From Candidatus Omnitrophota bacterium (GTDB taxonomy: Bacteria > Omnitrophota > Gorgyraeia > Gygaellales > Profunditerraquicolaceae), in the NCBI GenBank assembly GCA_043813255.1, contig JBDRLG010000126.1, positions 2,882 through 66,881 on the forward strand: DNA of 64,000 nucleotides. Reading direction: 5' to 3'. The notes under the pieces are model-generated. The model was given only the letters and a program-made list of their open reading frames with translations, was not told the DNA's origin and ran no database searches. Below are positions 37,084 to 47,120 of the stretch, piece by piece. Both the position numbers and the translations under genes were made by a program. Each line of letters opens with the position of its first letter. Position 1 is the stretch's first letter.

Positions 37084-38970
37084 TTATTTGTTATTTAGTA
37101 CTAAGTATACATATATAGCAATAATTCCTAATAGACTGCCTATTAATCCAATTAATAAATTATGCGGGAAATAAGTTAATTTTATTAATCCAGCTGTTTT
37201 TTTATCCATATCAATAGATAGTAATCCGGTATAATTACCTATTTTTCCTTTATTGCTTTTCCATCCGGTATGATAATTTTGGTTAATAATCAATTTATCA
37301 GGGGTGGTTATTTTAGTATCTATAATTATTTTATTGGGGCTAAAATATAATAGATTAGCTTGGTTTTGTTCTTGTAGAAAGTATATTTCACCTTTATATT
37401 GAGAGTTAATTTTTAATTCAGGCATTATTTTATTGAAATCCATGATATGGTTAAAGACGGTATCGGCCTGTTGCTTGTTAATAAAATACTTTGGGAGAGT
37501 ATAGTGGTCTATGTCTATTGTTGGATAGAAATTAACTATCCCTATATTTTGTTGAAATAACGGATAAAACCAAAAGTCATCATTTTGCTTTTTATTTAAA
37601 TGATTGATCTCGTCCGGCCTTTTATAAAATTCTATTTGGAAAAAATCAGCATTATTTGTTTTATATATCTTTTCTTTTGGTAAATAACTGATTCTATTAA
37701 GGATTGAATAACTTAGTCTGCTTACTTCATAAATGGAGATTATTGCAAGTAGGATAAATATATATTTTAAAATATTTGTTTTTTTGATTTTATCGGTTAA
37801 TGAAAAACTTTGCCCGGCAATAAGAGCTATAAGGAAAAAAATATAAGGTAAAAAATATTTATCCGGTTTTACTATGCCGCGTGTAAAATTATTAATATTC
37901 CATAAAGGTTTATATATATCTATTAAACTATTGGGCCCGAACATTAAAATAGTAAAAAACAATAAAAGGATAAAATAGATGATACTTCTTTTAAAGTAAG
38001 TCAATAATGACACGAACAATAAAAAAATAGTTATATAGCCAAAATATATAGACAGGTATTCCGGTTGGATGTTTTTCTTAAATAAGCTATCGTATAATTT
38101 TTTTACAGTAAAACATCTTTCTGGAAGTGTCTCTTCTATCCTTCCTTCTTTATCTATTGCGGTTATCCCGTAAGATTTCTCTACTTCAGGAGAATTATGG
38201 AAATATTGATAATTTCTGGAATGTAATAAATCAATCATGGGGATAATTTTAATACTGCTTATTAATAGAGAAAATATTATTAATAAGATAAACTTTTTGA
38301 AATATCTATAGTTTAAAAATGAGCTATCCGTATGAGTAAAATTAAATGTTTTTAAAACTACAAATAGCAGGATAAATAAACATACGATAATAAAATTTAG
38401 GCCGGCGGACAATATATAAAAACTTAAAAAAATTGAAGCAAGCGGCAGATATTTAGGCCTTGAAAATGATTTAATAAAAAAAGAGATAAGAAATGGTAAA
38501 AAACAAATAGATAAATAATATATGTCACTGTCAATTATTCTATAAGCGAACCAGGGGCAAATTATAAATAAAACGGAAGAATAAATAGCTCCCAAATAAT
38601 TATATTTAAGTAAGTTTTTTGTTAAATAAAACATTCCAAGGGCTCCGATTAGAAGATAAGCTATTACAATCAATTTCACCCCGATAATTTCTTTAAATAA
38701 TCCTATGAATATGCCAAATGGATTTAAATTCCAGCCTTCAATGTCTCCTATGACTGGATATCCTCCTGAAAAAAGATAGGTTCTAAAAGGGAGTTGATGA
38801 AAATTTGATAGTGATTGGCTTAGTGGGATTGCTAAAGTATAATAGCGTCCCCATCCTTGTAGAGGTTGTTCGATATTTCTAATAAGCGGGAAATAAGTGA
38901 ATATTAATATAGTTATTAAGAGTAAATAACTTATCGTGTTAATTTTAGTTATATGTAGTTTTTTTAACAT
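37084..38970 (-). CDS. YfhO-like GT-C membrane protein (paralog of 38945-40906)
   Basis: QLPFRTYLFSGGYP, multiple TMs, FSPN, LIINQNYHTGWKS. Confidence 0.7.
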   Translation of the reverse strand: MLKKLHITKINTISYLLLITILIFTYFPLIRNIEQPLQGWGRYYTLAIPLSQSLSNFHQLPFRTYLFSGGYPVIGDIEGWNLNPFGIFIGLFKEIIGVKLIVIAYLLIGALGMFYLTKNLLKYNYLGAIYSSVLFIICPWFAYRIIDSDIYYLSICFLPFLISFFIKSFSRPKYLPLASIFLSFYILSAGLNFIIVCLFILLFVVLKTFNFTHTDSSFLNYRYFKKFILLIIFSLLISSIKIIPMIDLLHSRNYQYFHNSPEVEKSYGITAIDKEGRIEETLPERCFTVKKLYDSLFKKNIQPEYLSIYFGYITIFLLFVSLLTYFKRSIIYFILLLFFTILMFGPNSLIDIYKPLWNINNFTRGIVKPDKYFLPYIFFLIALIAGQSFSLTDKIKKTNILKYIFILLAIISIYEVSRLSYSILNRISYLPKEKIYKTNNADFFQIEFYKRPDEINHLNKKQNDDFWFYPLFQQNIGIVNFYPTIDIDHYTLPKYFINKQQADTVFNHIMDFNKIMPELKINSQYKGEIYFLQEQNQANLLYFSPNKIIIDTKITTPDKLIINQNYHTGWKSNKGKIGNYTGLLSIDMDKKTAGLIKLTYFPHNLLIGLIGSLLGIIAIYVYLVLNNK

Positions 38971-40906
38971 TGATTAAATAGATTATTAAAGCTGTTATGC
39001 TGAATATACTTATCCATAGTCCCACAAAAAAATCTAAAGGCTTATATTTTAGGTTTATTATATAACTACCGGTAATATTTAATTTGATTCCTAATAGTCC
39101 TTGATAATTGAATATTTCCCCATTATCTGTTTTCCAGCTTTTATGGTAATTTTGGTTTATAATTAAAGTATCAGGCTGTTTAAGAGTTATTTTTATTTTT
39201 ATATCGTTAGGACTAAAATATAAAAGTTCTGTTTTATTTTTCTGGTTAAGAGTATATATCTCTCCTTTATATGCAGGATTAATTGTCCCGGATAGAGTTA
39301 AATCAACAGATTCATTTTTTGGTAAATCATAAAAATTTTCAACGTAAACACATTCTTTTTTTAATCCGCCCGTTTTAATAAAGTATTTAGGTACAGCGTA
39401 TTCCCCGATATTTATTATTCCATGTTGTATAAAATTTACCAATCCTATATTTTGATTTAATAATATCCAAAAAGGCTGATATGAACGAATGTCTTTAAAT
39501 CCATTATAACCGGGCAGATCTCTTGGTTCTTCTTTTTTAAAGATTTCAGCCTGGAAAAAAGAAGGATATTTCTTGCATATAGGGATTTTTTCATAGACTA
39601 AGTCACGGAATAATAACCTGCTATGGTAAAATATATTAGTTATGCCGGCTATAAGCGTTAATAGTATTAAAAATTTAATAAATTTTTGTTTTATATGCAG
39701 TTCATTTAAAAAATTTCCCGAAATAATGGATATTAAAAATGGGGGAAAAAAACCAAAATATTTATTAAGTCTCCACATGCTGTAATCAAATGGTATCAAT
39801 CGCGATAAGTATTTAAATAAGTCAATAGGGCTGTTTGGTCCAAATTGTATAAGCAGGAATATAAAAAAAATAACAACATAATTCAACACGCGTTTTGAAT
39901 AAAAAATAGAAATAATAAAAATCAATAAAGGTATATAACCTAAATACATTGTTGAATACCCTCTAAAATTAGGATCAAGCAAAGAATCTTTTAATTGAGA
40001 AAGATTTAAGCAGGCCCCAAAGCCTTTAATAGAAGCAGAAATAAAGGTGTATGAATCTTTATATGGAGTGATATCAGAGGGAATTTTTTGAGAAAACAGC
40101 TGTAAAAAAGGCAATGTTTTAACAGAGCTGACTAATAGTGAACAAATAACAGTTATAAAAAAAATAGAAATATAAAAAAAACTTATATTGATTTTTCGCT
40201 TATTAGTTATTGTTATGATATTTAAACAAGAAAAAAGAAATAAAAATAGTAAAATGGGAAATAATATTAAAGGGTTAGAAAGAAAAATTAAGCTTAACGT
40301 TAGAACTAAATATATTATGGATTTTTTATCAGTCTTACATTTTATAAAAAAAGCCATCAGCCAAGGTAGTAAATAAAAAAACAATTTTTCTAAATTACCA
40401 TCAATAGCTTCGTATGCTCCCCAATTGCATAGAATGAATAATAAACTTGAAAACATCGTGCTTATAAGAGAATATTTTAAGACGTGTCTAGTTAGATAAA
40501 ACATGCCTGACGCGCCGATAATAAATATCAGGAAGGCCATAAGCCTTATCCCTGTTATTTCTCCAAATAACAGAATTAAAATAAAAAAAGGGGTCAGGCA
40601 AAAATTAGATGGATGTGCGATAAAAGGATATCCACCGCTTAAATATGGTGTTCGTAGCGGTAATTGATGGTATTCTAATATAGTTGTTTTAGAAAGTGCC
40701 GCGTAATAATAATTTCTCCACCAGTCGTTTTCATTTATGGTTGTGTTAGGAATATTCTTCAGAAGAGGCAGATAAAACATGGCTGTAATAATAATAATAA
40801 GTAAAATGCAGAGCAGTTCTTTTTTTGAAGACAAAAAATTTTTAGGTCCTTTGTCCTGATAATAATTTTGGCAGCTATTTATTAAGCTTGTTTTGTTTAT
40901 TGCCAT
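38945..40906 (-). CDS. YfhO-like GT-C membrane protein (paralog of 37084-38970)
   Basis: ENDWWR after TM1, QLPLRTPYLSGGYP, FSPN, LIINQNYHKSWKT. Confidence 0.7.
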   Translation of the reverse strand: MAINKTSLINSCQNYYQDKGPKNFLSSKKELLCILLIIIITAMFYLPLLKNIPNTTINENDWWRNYYYAALSKTTILEYHQLPLRTPYLSGGYPFIAHPSNFCLTPFFILILLFGEITGIRLMAFLIFIIGASGMFYLTRHVLKYSLISTMFSSLLFILCNWGAYEAIDGNLEKLFFYLLPWLMAFFIKCKTDKKSIIYLVLTLSLIFLSNPLILFPILLFLFLFSCLNIITITNKRKINISFFYISIFFITVICSLLVSSVKTLPFLQLFSQKIPSDITPYKDSYTFISASIKGFGACLNLSQLKDSLLDPNFRGYSTMYLGYIPLLIFIISIFYSKRVLNYVVIFFIFLLIQFGPNSPIDLFKYLSRLIPFDYSMWRLNKYFGFFPPFLISIISGNFLNELHIKQKFIKFLILLTLIAGITNIFYHSRLLFRDLVYEKIPICKKYPSFFQAEIFKKEEPRDLPGYNGFKDIRSYQPFWILLNQNIGLVNFIQHGIINIGEYAVPKYFIKTGGLKKECVYVENFYDLPKNESVDLTLSGTINPAYKGEIYTLNQKNKTELLYFSPNDIKIKITLKQPDTLIINQNYHKSWKTDNGEIFNYQGLLGIKLNITGSYIINLKYKPLDFFVGLWISIFSITALIIYLINVKKTTYN

Positions 40907-40914
40907 ATAATTCC

Positions 40915-42522
40915 TTATATATTTGTATGCTGAAAAGAGGAATCTTTTATTTTAATAACAAAAATATCTCCATCGTCAAATAGAATTTCATTTTTTGGAG
41001 TATCCATTAAAATAAATTTTTTTCTACCGGCTATTAAACTTTTAATATAAGTATTAAAAGGATTAAGATAGAACTCGGCATTGGCTAAATAATCTTTGGA
41101 AAAATGCCTTCTTTCGACTATCAAATGAGTAATATGGTATTTTTTGCAGAAGTTATAAACTTCTGCAGCTGAATTTGAATAATAGGCTTTAAAGAAATTA
41201 TAGGTTCTTTCTTTTATTACAGGGTAAAAATTAGCATACATCGGCTGAGATGTTTCTTCATTAATTAAAACCTTCCTTTTTGAATATACTGGAATATAAT
41301 CCATTGATGTGGGATGGCCGGCAATAAGTATATCTTTCGGCAGTGTTTGTAAGAAGTTATATAGTTTGGGCTTAGGCGCAATACTATAGTCACTATATAA
41401 AGTAGGAATAAATAAAACAGCAGAAAAAAATAAAAAGCTTATTAATATGAAAAATCTTACGTTTATATTCTTTATTTTTCCTAAAACGTTAGCAATATTA
41501 ATAGACACAAGAATCGTTAATATAGTAGGCAGAGAATATCTTATATATCTGGCAGGCCCATAGAGTTTATAAAGCATAATTGTTGCAAATATATATAAGA
41601 TAAATGACGCAATAATAAAATAACAAAGCTTTTTTGGTGCTTCGAAAGAGTGCCTTTTTAAAAATAATAGTAAGAATAACAATGCCAGTATAAGAAATTT
41701 TACAGGAAATGTAATGGCAAAGCCTGTTTCTGCATTAACCAATTGTTCTAATAATGAGGGATAAAATAATACCTTTCTGCCTCCGGGATAAAACTCAGGC
41801 ATGCCGGATATATTATTGAATCCGAATAATTGAAGCTGACTGTTTGATGCTTTTAGAATAACTAAAAAAGAGATAATTAGTACCAAGAATAATAAATAAT
41901 ATATTTCAGCTTTTTTAATCTTTTTATACTTATAGAAAATATCCCAGATATAGGCCAGAAGACATATAAGAAATGTGGGTGGATAGAAAAATATCAATTG
42001 AAAAATCAAAGAAAGGCCCATCCGCAAGATATTTTTTTTTAAAAAATAGTATAAGAAAATAATAAAAAATATCATCGCGAAATTCATGACTCCCCCAGCC
42101 CCCATAAATTCATATTTATTATCGGACCATATTATAAAAATATATAGTACTCCGGACAAAATACCAGCGATATTCCCTTTTAAAAGCTTTCCGATTTTAA
42201 ACATATATAAGGATGATATAAAACAGAGAAAAAAAGGCAGGATTTTAGTGAATTGTATCGGGTCGTAAAACAGGCTTATTATAGAATAAAAAATATTAAC
42301 TCCCCAAGGGCTCCATTTTGAGTAAAAATCAGTTATAAAATCATTATTAAAGAGGCTCTTATCCTGGTTCTTTAAAAAAATATATATATTCTGTCTTACA
42401 TCGTCATTTAAGGCGTATTTATTGATTAATAACGGATATTGGCAGTATAAAGTAATTAAAAAAGAGGCCAGAATTAGAAAAATAATTATTTTATTTTCTG
42501 AAATTTTCTCGATATCAAACAT
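40915..42522 (-). CDS. Polytopic membrane protein, putative GT-C (paralog of 15628-17232)
   Basis: LITLYCQYPLL..YALNDDVRQ, LQTLPKDILIAGHP, KRKVLINEETS shared with the paralog. Confidence 0.65.
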   Translation of the reverse strand: MFDIEKISENKIIIFLILASFLITLYCQYPLLINKYALNDDVRQNIYIFLKNQDKSLFNNDFITDFYSKWSPWGVNIFYSIISLFYDPIQFTKILPFFLCFISSLYMFKIGKLLKGNIAGILSGVLYIFIIWSDNKYEFMGAGGVMNFAMIFFIIFLYYFLKKNILRMGLSLIFQLIFFYPPTFLICLLAYIWDIFYKYKKIKKAEIYYLLFLVLIISFLVILKASNSQLQLFGFNNISGMPEFYPGGRKVLFYPSLLEQLVNAETGFAITFPVKFLILALLFLLLFLKRHSFEAPKKLCYFIIASFILYIFATIMLYKLYGPARYIRYSLPTILTILVSINIANVLGKIKNINVRFFILISFLFFSAVLFIPTLYSDYSIAPKPKLYNFLQTLPKDILIAGHPTSMDYIPVYSKRKVLINEETSQPMYANFYPVIKERTYNFFKAYYSNSAAEVYNFCKKYHITHLIVERRHFSKDYLANAEFYLNPFNTYIKSLIAGRKKFILMDTPKNEILFDDGDIFVIKIKDSSFQHTNI

Positions 42523-42526
42523 GGTT

Positions 42527-43507
42527 TTAATCAAATAATTTCTTTATATTTAAAAACTCATCCAGATTAAATTTTAGGAAACAATTCATTTCCAATGTGC
42601 TGGTGCACCAGCAGCCTTCACATTTTGAAACAGGTAAATTAAGATGCGTTTCTTCGAGAAAAGGAGTTAAACAATTAGGGGCTTTCGTTTTCTCCATCAG
42701 CATCGTGCACGGGTATAAATCTCCTTCGGAAGAAATACAATAAGTTAATCTTCCTCCATAACAGGTCATTTTATTATAAGAAGGCCAGTCATATAAATAC
42801 TTTAACGCTGTTAAAGAATTTATGATGTATTTATTGTTTTTTTTTAATAAAATTAGTTTTTTAATTGTTTTTCTATAATTCTCTTTATCAGGAAAAAGGT
42901 GATTAATATTTGCCTCTCCGGAATGAACGTAACTCAAGGGTTGAAATTTTACTTTTACATTTAGTTCTCCGGCCTTTTCTAAGATAAAATCAACAGAATC
43001 CAAATTATATTTTGATAAAGTAGTATTAAATTTCGTGACTAAGCAATGCCTTTGTGCCAATTTTACAGCAGCTATTGTATCTTTATACGAGCCTTTCCCT
43101 CTGATAAAATCATGTATATCTTCCGGCCCGTCAAAACTCAGCTTAAGAATATCTAAATGTTGTAATTCTTCTATCTTAAGAGGCAATAATGAACCATTAG
43201 ATGTTATTCCGGTAAAAATATTCTTACTGTGACAGTAATTTATAATCTCTCCTATATCTTCTCGTAATAAAGGTTCCCCTCCGCTGAATATGATTATTTT
43301 TGTTCCTTTTTTAGAAAATGTATTAATAATTGATAATATTTCTTTAGTGTTTAGTTCTTTGCAGGGCGTATTCCATCTAGAGCAGTATTTACATTGCCGA
43401 TTGCATCTGTTAAGCAGATGCCAGCTGATAATTAAAGGTATCTTTTTGTTAAACAGCTTTACTTTGATGACTGCTTTTAATGAATCCCATTTAATTCTTA
43501 AGTTCAT
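42527..43507 (-). CDS. Twitch-type radical SAM enzyme (paralog 3 of 4)
   Basis: CNRQCKYC, SGGEP, SFDGPEDIHDFIRG; CYGG...YPC...CEGCWC. Confidence 0.9.
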   Translation of the reverse strand: MNLRIKWDSLKAVIKVKLFNKKIPLIISWHLLNRCNRQCKYCSRWNTPCKELNTKEILSIINTFSKKGTKIIIFSGGEPLLREDIGEIINYCHSKNIFTGITSNGSLLPLKIEELQHLDILKLSFDGPEDIHDFIRGKGSYKDTIAAVKLAQRHCLVTKFNTTLSKYNLDSVDFILEKAGELNVKVKFQPLSYVHSGEANINHLFPDKENYRKTIKKLILLKKNNKYIINSLTALKYLYDWPSYNKMTCYGGRLTYCISSEGDLYPCTMLMEKTKAPNCLTPFLEETHLNLPVSKCEGCWCTSTLEMNCFLKFNLDEFLNIKKLFD

Positions 43508-44579
43508 TTTTTATTACCTCAAAAATTCCATCCGCAATTATTTGATTTTGTTTTTCTCCTACATGGCAATAATCTATAAAATAAGTTCCTGATTTATTAT
43601 CAAAAAGATGAGAAAGATTATGGAATTTTGGCCTGTTTAATCTGTCTGCCAAGGTGTATGTATAAAAATAAATTCTTTCTAATTCTTTATTTTTAAAAGC
43701 AAGTGCTGTTATTTCTTCATTTGTTTTTGGATTGACCATGAAAAGCACGGGCTGCCAAAAGAAACTGTATTTAAAACCATATGCTTGAGACAGCCTTTCA
43801 ATTAAATCCATATTTTTTTTATAATCTTTTATGATTTGATACGCTAGATTTTCCAAAGCAGTTTCATCATACATATTGTTCTTTTTAAAAACGTTATTCA
43901 AATAGGAAAATAAATAAATAAATTTGGAATTAGTTAAAAGTGCCTCTTCGCTCAGTTTATTAAATATTCTGGGTTCTAATCCCAGTTTCATTTTCCATCT
44001 GTTATAATTATAGATAAGCCCTGCTTCCCTGTTTTGTAATGCTGCCAGTACATCATTAACCCCGTCGTAAAAAATTACATAATCGGGGATGTTGCCTTTT
44101 TTTAACTGAGTAATTAAAAGAATGATTTCTTGAGTTAGGACATAGCCGGCTTCTCCAAAGTTAGTCACAGAATACGACTCTGTGTTTTTATTTATATTTT
44201 TTGAAAGCAAAGAAGCTATGGTAAAGTTATCTCTTACGCCTGTACCCCAAACAGTAGATCCGCCAAAAATAAAAACTTTATTTAATTTTTTTGTATCTTT
44301 AGGGTTCCAGGTCTTTCTTATGCCCTCATCTGATATATTAATAAATTTACCCGCATAACCCTGTCTTCTCCATTCATAGAAAGGATAATAATTTTTTTTA
44401 AGTTGATCGAATTCCATAAAATACTGTTTTGCCCAAGGGGAATCTTTGTAGATAGATGATTCGTAGCGTTTATTTTTATTCCAAGAATAAACATCTTTTA
44501 TAAAAAAATAAAATCTGGCGCTTAATTCAAGCCCCGCTAATAAAATAATAAAAAATATTATTTTTAGTATTAATTTCAT
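43491..44579 (-). CDS. Membrane-anchored SGNH/GDSL hydrolase or acyltransferase
   Basis: FGGSTVWG, YDGVND, IDYCHV. Confidence 0.82.
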   Translation of the reverse strand: MKLILKIIFFIILLAGLELSARFYFFIKDVYSWNKNKRYESSIYKDSPWAKQYFMEFDQLKKNYYPFYEWRRQGYAGKFINISDEGIRKTWNPKDTKKLNKVFIFGGSTVWGTGVRDNFTIASLLSKNINKNTESYSVTNFGEAGYVLTQEIILLITQLKKGNIPDYVIFYDGVNDVLAALQNREAGLIYNYNRWKMKLGLEPRIFNKLSEEALLTNSKFIYLFSYLNNVFKKNNMYDETALENLAYQIIKDYKKNMDLIERLSQAYGFKYSFFWQPVLFMVNPKTNEEITALAFKNKELERIYFYTYTLADRLNRPKFHNLSHLFDNKSGTYFIDYCHVGEKQNQIIADGIFEVIKNELKN

Positions 44580-46015
44580 TTTAAATTTTGTTTTCTAAAC
44601 ATGGAAATTAATAATTTTGTTCCATTCCAATAAAAATTCATCAGTTTTAAAAAATAATTATTCTTGATAGATTTAATAATAAATGACGGGTTTAAATAAA
44701 ATTTAATATAAGCTTTTTTAATTAAAAATTTTAAATCTTGAGAACTTAAATCCGGTGTATTTAGTACCGGATTTTCGGGAAGAAATGTCCAGTTTGACCA
44801 GTTTTGATGATGCGGGATATATCCTTTTTCTAATGATAATCTATAAAACTCTGTTCCTACTAATGGAAGAGCTATGTAAAAATCAGCGGCAGTGGGTTTA
44901 ATTACATTTAGAAATCTTAAAGTCTCTTTGAAAGTTTGTTTAGTTTCTCCCGGGTAGCCTATAATAACACATGCCGTTGCGGCTATCCCTATTTTGTGCG
45001 TTAATCTGAAGGCCTCTTTAATTTGAGCCAGAGTAAATTGTTTATTCATGGCATTTAAAATTTGTTGAGACCCTGATTCTACTCCAAAGCGTAATAAGCG
45101 GAATTTCGCTTTTTTTAGTTTTTTTAATATGGGTTCATCAACAGAATCGACCCGCAGCATGCAGGTAAGATTAAGATTGTAATCTCTTTCTATTAAGCCA
45201 TCCAGTATTTTAAATAGCCGGGGTTTATTGGCTAATAAGCAGCTGTCGCTTATCTCAATGCATTTTATATTGTGTTTTTTGACTAATAAATCAATTTCAC
45301 TTAATATATACTCCGCGCTTTTAAAATAAATACAATTACCCCAAACACTTCTTATTCCGCAAAAAGTACAATTATAACGGCATCCTCTGGATGTAAATAA
45401 ATTTGTATACGGGCTCAACTCAATTTCTTCGTAAGACCAAAAATGATGTAATTTGATTCCGTATTTGTTCATTGGTAAAAGGTGATAAGCTGGAAAAGGC
45501 AATTTATCCAGATTTGTTATTCTTTCTCTTACTGGATTAAATTTCATATGTCCGTTATCTCTATAAACAAGCCCTTTTACTTTAGAAATATCTTTATTAT
45601 TTTGCAATGTTTCTAAGAGTTCAAATAATGTTATTTCTCCTTCTCCGATTATCCCAAAATCAATGACTTTGTATCCAGCCATAGTTTCTAATGGCAGAGC
45701 GGAAAAATGAGGCCCTCCCATAATACTTATGCATTTAGGGTTTATTGCTTTTGCTATTTTTAGGATATCTATTGTTTGAAGGAAGGTAGGAGTCAATGAA
45801 CTAACTGCAATTGCGTCAAAATCTTTAGGAAGATATTTATGTAAATCTTCCAAGAGAATATTATCAACTGCTGGATCAAATATTTGGACTTCAAACCCTT
45901 TATCTAATAAAAAAGCAGCTAATCCCGCCAGATTTACTGGAGGCGTTTTTCCAAATGATTTACTAATCTTCGAGTATAGATAATGATGAGGTATACCGAC
46001 AAAAAGAATTTTCAT
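44576..46015 (-). CDS. B12-binding radical SAM enzyme
   Basis: GGPH, GEGE, PFPAYHL, TSRGCRYNCTFC, FGVESG. Confidence 0.92.
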   Translation of the reverse strand: MKILFVGIPHHYLYSKISKSFGKTPPVNLAGLAAFLLDKGFEVQIFDPAVDNILLEDLHKYLPKDFDAIAVSSLTPTFLQTIDILKIAKAINPKCISIMGGPHFSALPLETMAGYKVIDFGIIGEGEITLFELLETLQNNKDISKVKGLVYRDNGHMKFNPVRERITNLDKLPFPAYHLLPMNKYGIKLHHFWSYEEIELSPYTNLFTSRGCRYNCTFCGIRSVWGNCIYFKSAEYILSEIDLLVKKHNIKCIEISDSCLLANKPRLFKILDGLIERDYNLNLTCMLRVDSVDEPILKKLKKAKFRLLRFGVESGSQQILNAMNKQFTLAQIKEAFRLTHKIGIAATACVIIGYPGETKQTFKETLRFLNVIKPTAADFYIALPLVGTEFYRLSLEKGYIPHHQNWSNWTFLPENPVLNTPDLSSQDLKFLIKKAYIKFYLNPSFIIKSIKNNYFLKLMNFYWNGTKLLISMFRKQNLK

Positions 46016-46016
46016 T

Positions 46017-47033
46017 TTAAAGTAATATTTTTCTTATTAAATGTAAAATATCCAGCTTAAAAGCCATTAAATAATTTAATTCTATTGTGCCGCAAAATCC
46101 ACAACCGCTACATGGCGGCAAATCAGGTAGATTATTAAATGCCTCTTTGAAGCCAACCTCTGCGCAATTGGGAATTTTAGTATCATATTTAAGGCGGTCA
46201 CAAGGAGAAATTTCTCCATTTGCTGCAATCATGCAAAATATCTTGCCTCCCCAGCATTTTAATTTTTCATATTGAGGCCAGTTATATATATGATGAAGGC
46301 CGCGTAAAGAATTCCTTAATAGAAAATTATTTTGTTTTTTATAGGAGATAAGCTTATTTATTGTTTGTTTAAAAAGAGATTCCAAAGGTTCTATCGAATC
46401 TAATTTTCCTGTCGTATTCTTGTACTCTATTTCTTTTAAAGGTTGAAAAGCTACAATGGTATTAAACTTTTTTGCAATAGCGAGAATATCATCAATATAT
46501 TTAATATTAAATTTAGTTAAAGTAGTAGTAAAAATAAAAAATATTTTATTAGTTTGTGCGCATGAAGCAGCATTTATTGCCCAATTATAGCTTTCTTTTT
46601 TTCCTCTTACTAATTCATTAATATCTGCAGGGCCATCTAAACTTATTTTGAGTAAATCCAAAGCTTTTAGTTCTTTTGCTTTTTTTTCAAAAAGATAACC
46701 GGTGGAATTCATCTCGGGAGAAATCCCTAATCTTTTGCAATAGGTTATAATATCTCCTATATCTTCTCTTAGTAAAGGTTCTCCTCCGCTAAAGGAAATT
46801 TTTTTAGTTCCACACCTTTTGATTTCTTCTAAAAGTTTAAAAATTATTTTTGTTGGAAGCTCTTTTTCACTGGGTGATTTCCAGATTTTACAATACTCGC
46901 ATTTAGAAGGGCATTTTTCCGTAAGCTGCCAGCGTATTGCCAAAGGGGTCCTTTTATTAAAAAGTTTAACTTTAAAAATTATATTTAAAGCTTCTAATTG
47001 TTTTTTGTAATTTAATCTTGTTTTTTTTCTCAT
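46017..47033 (-). CDS. Twitch-type radical SAM enzyme (paralog 4 of 4)
   Basis: CPSKCEYC, SGGEP, SLDGP; CWGG...SPC...CSGCGFC. Confidence 0.9.
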   Translation of the reverse strand: MRKKTRLNYKKQLEALNIIFKVKLFNKRTPLAIRWQLTEKCPSKCEYCKIWKSPSEKELPTKIIFKLLEEIKRCGTKKISFSGGEPLLREDIGDIITYCKRLGISPEMNSTGYLFEKKAKELKALDLLKISLDGPADINELVRGKKESYNWAINAASCAQTNKIFFIFTTTLTKFNIKYIDDILAIAKKFNTIVAFQPLKEIEYKNTTGKLDSIEPLESLFKQTINKLISYKKQNNFLLRNSLRGLHHIYNWPQYEKLKCWGGKIFCMIAANGEISPCDRLKYDTKIPNCAEVGFKEAFNNLPDLPPCSGCGFCGTIELNYLMAFKLDILHLIRKILL

Positions 47034-47120
47034 TAATTTTCCCCCGTAATTAATTATTTATTATAATCCAAAAATATTCAATTTATCTTATAAAATTATA
47101 CTATTAAAATCTACGTGGAA

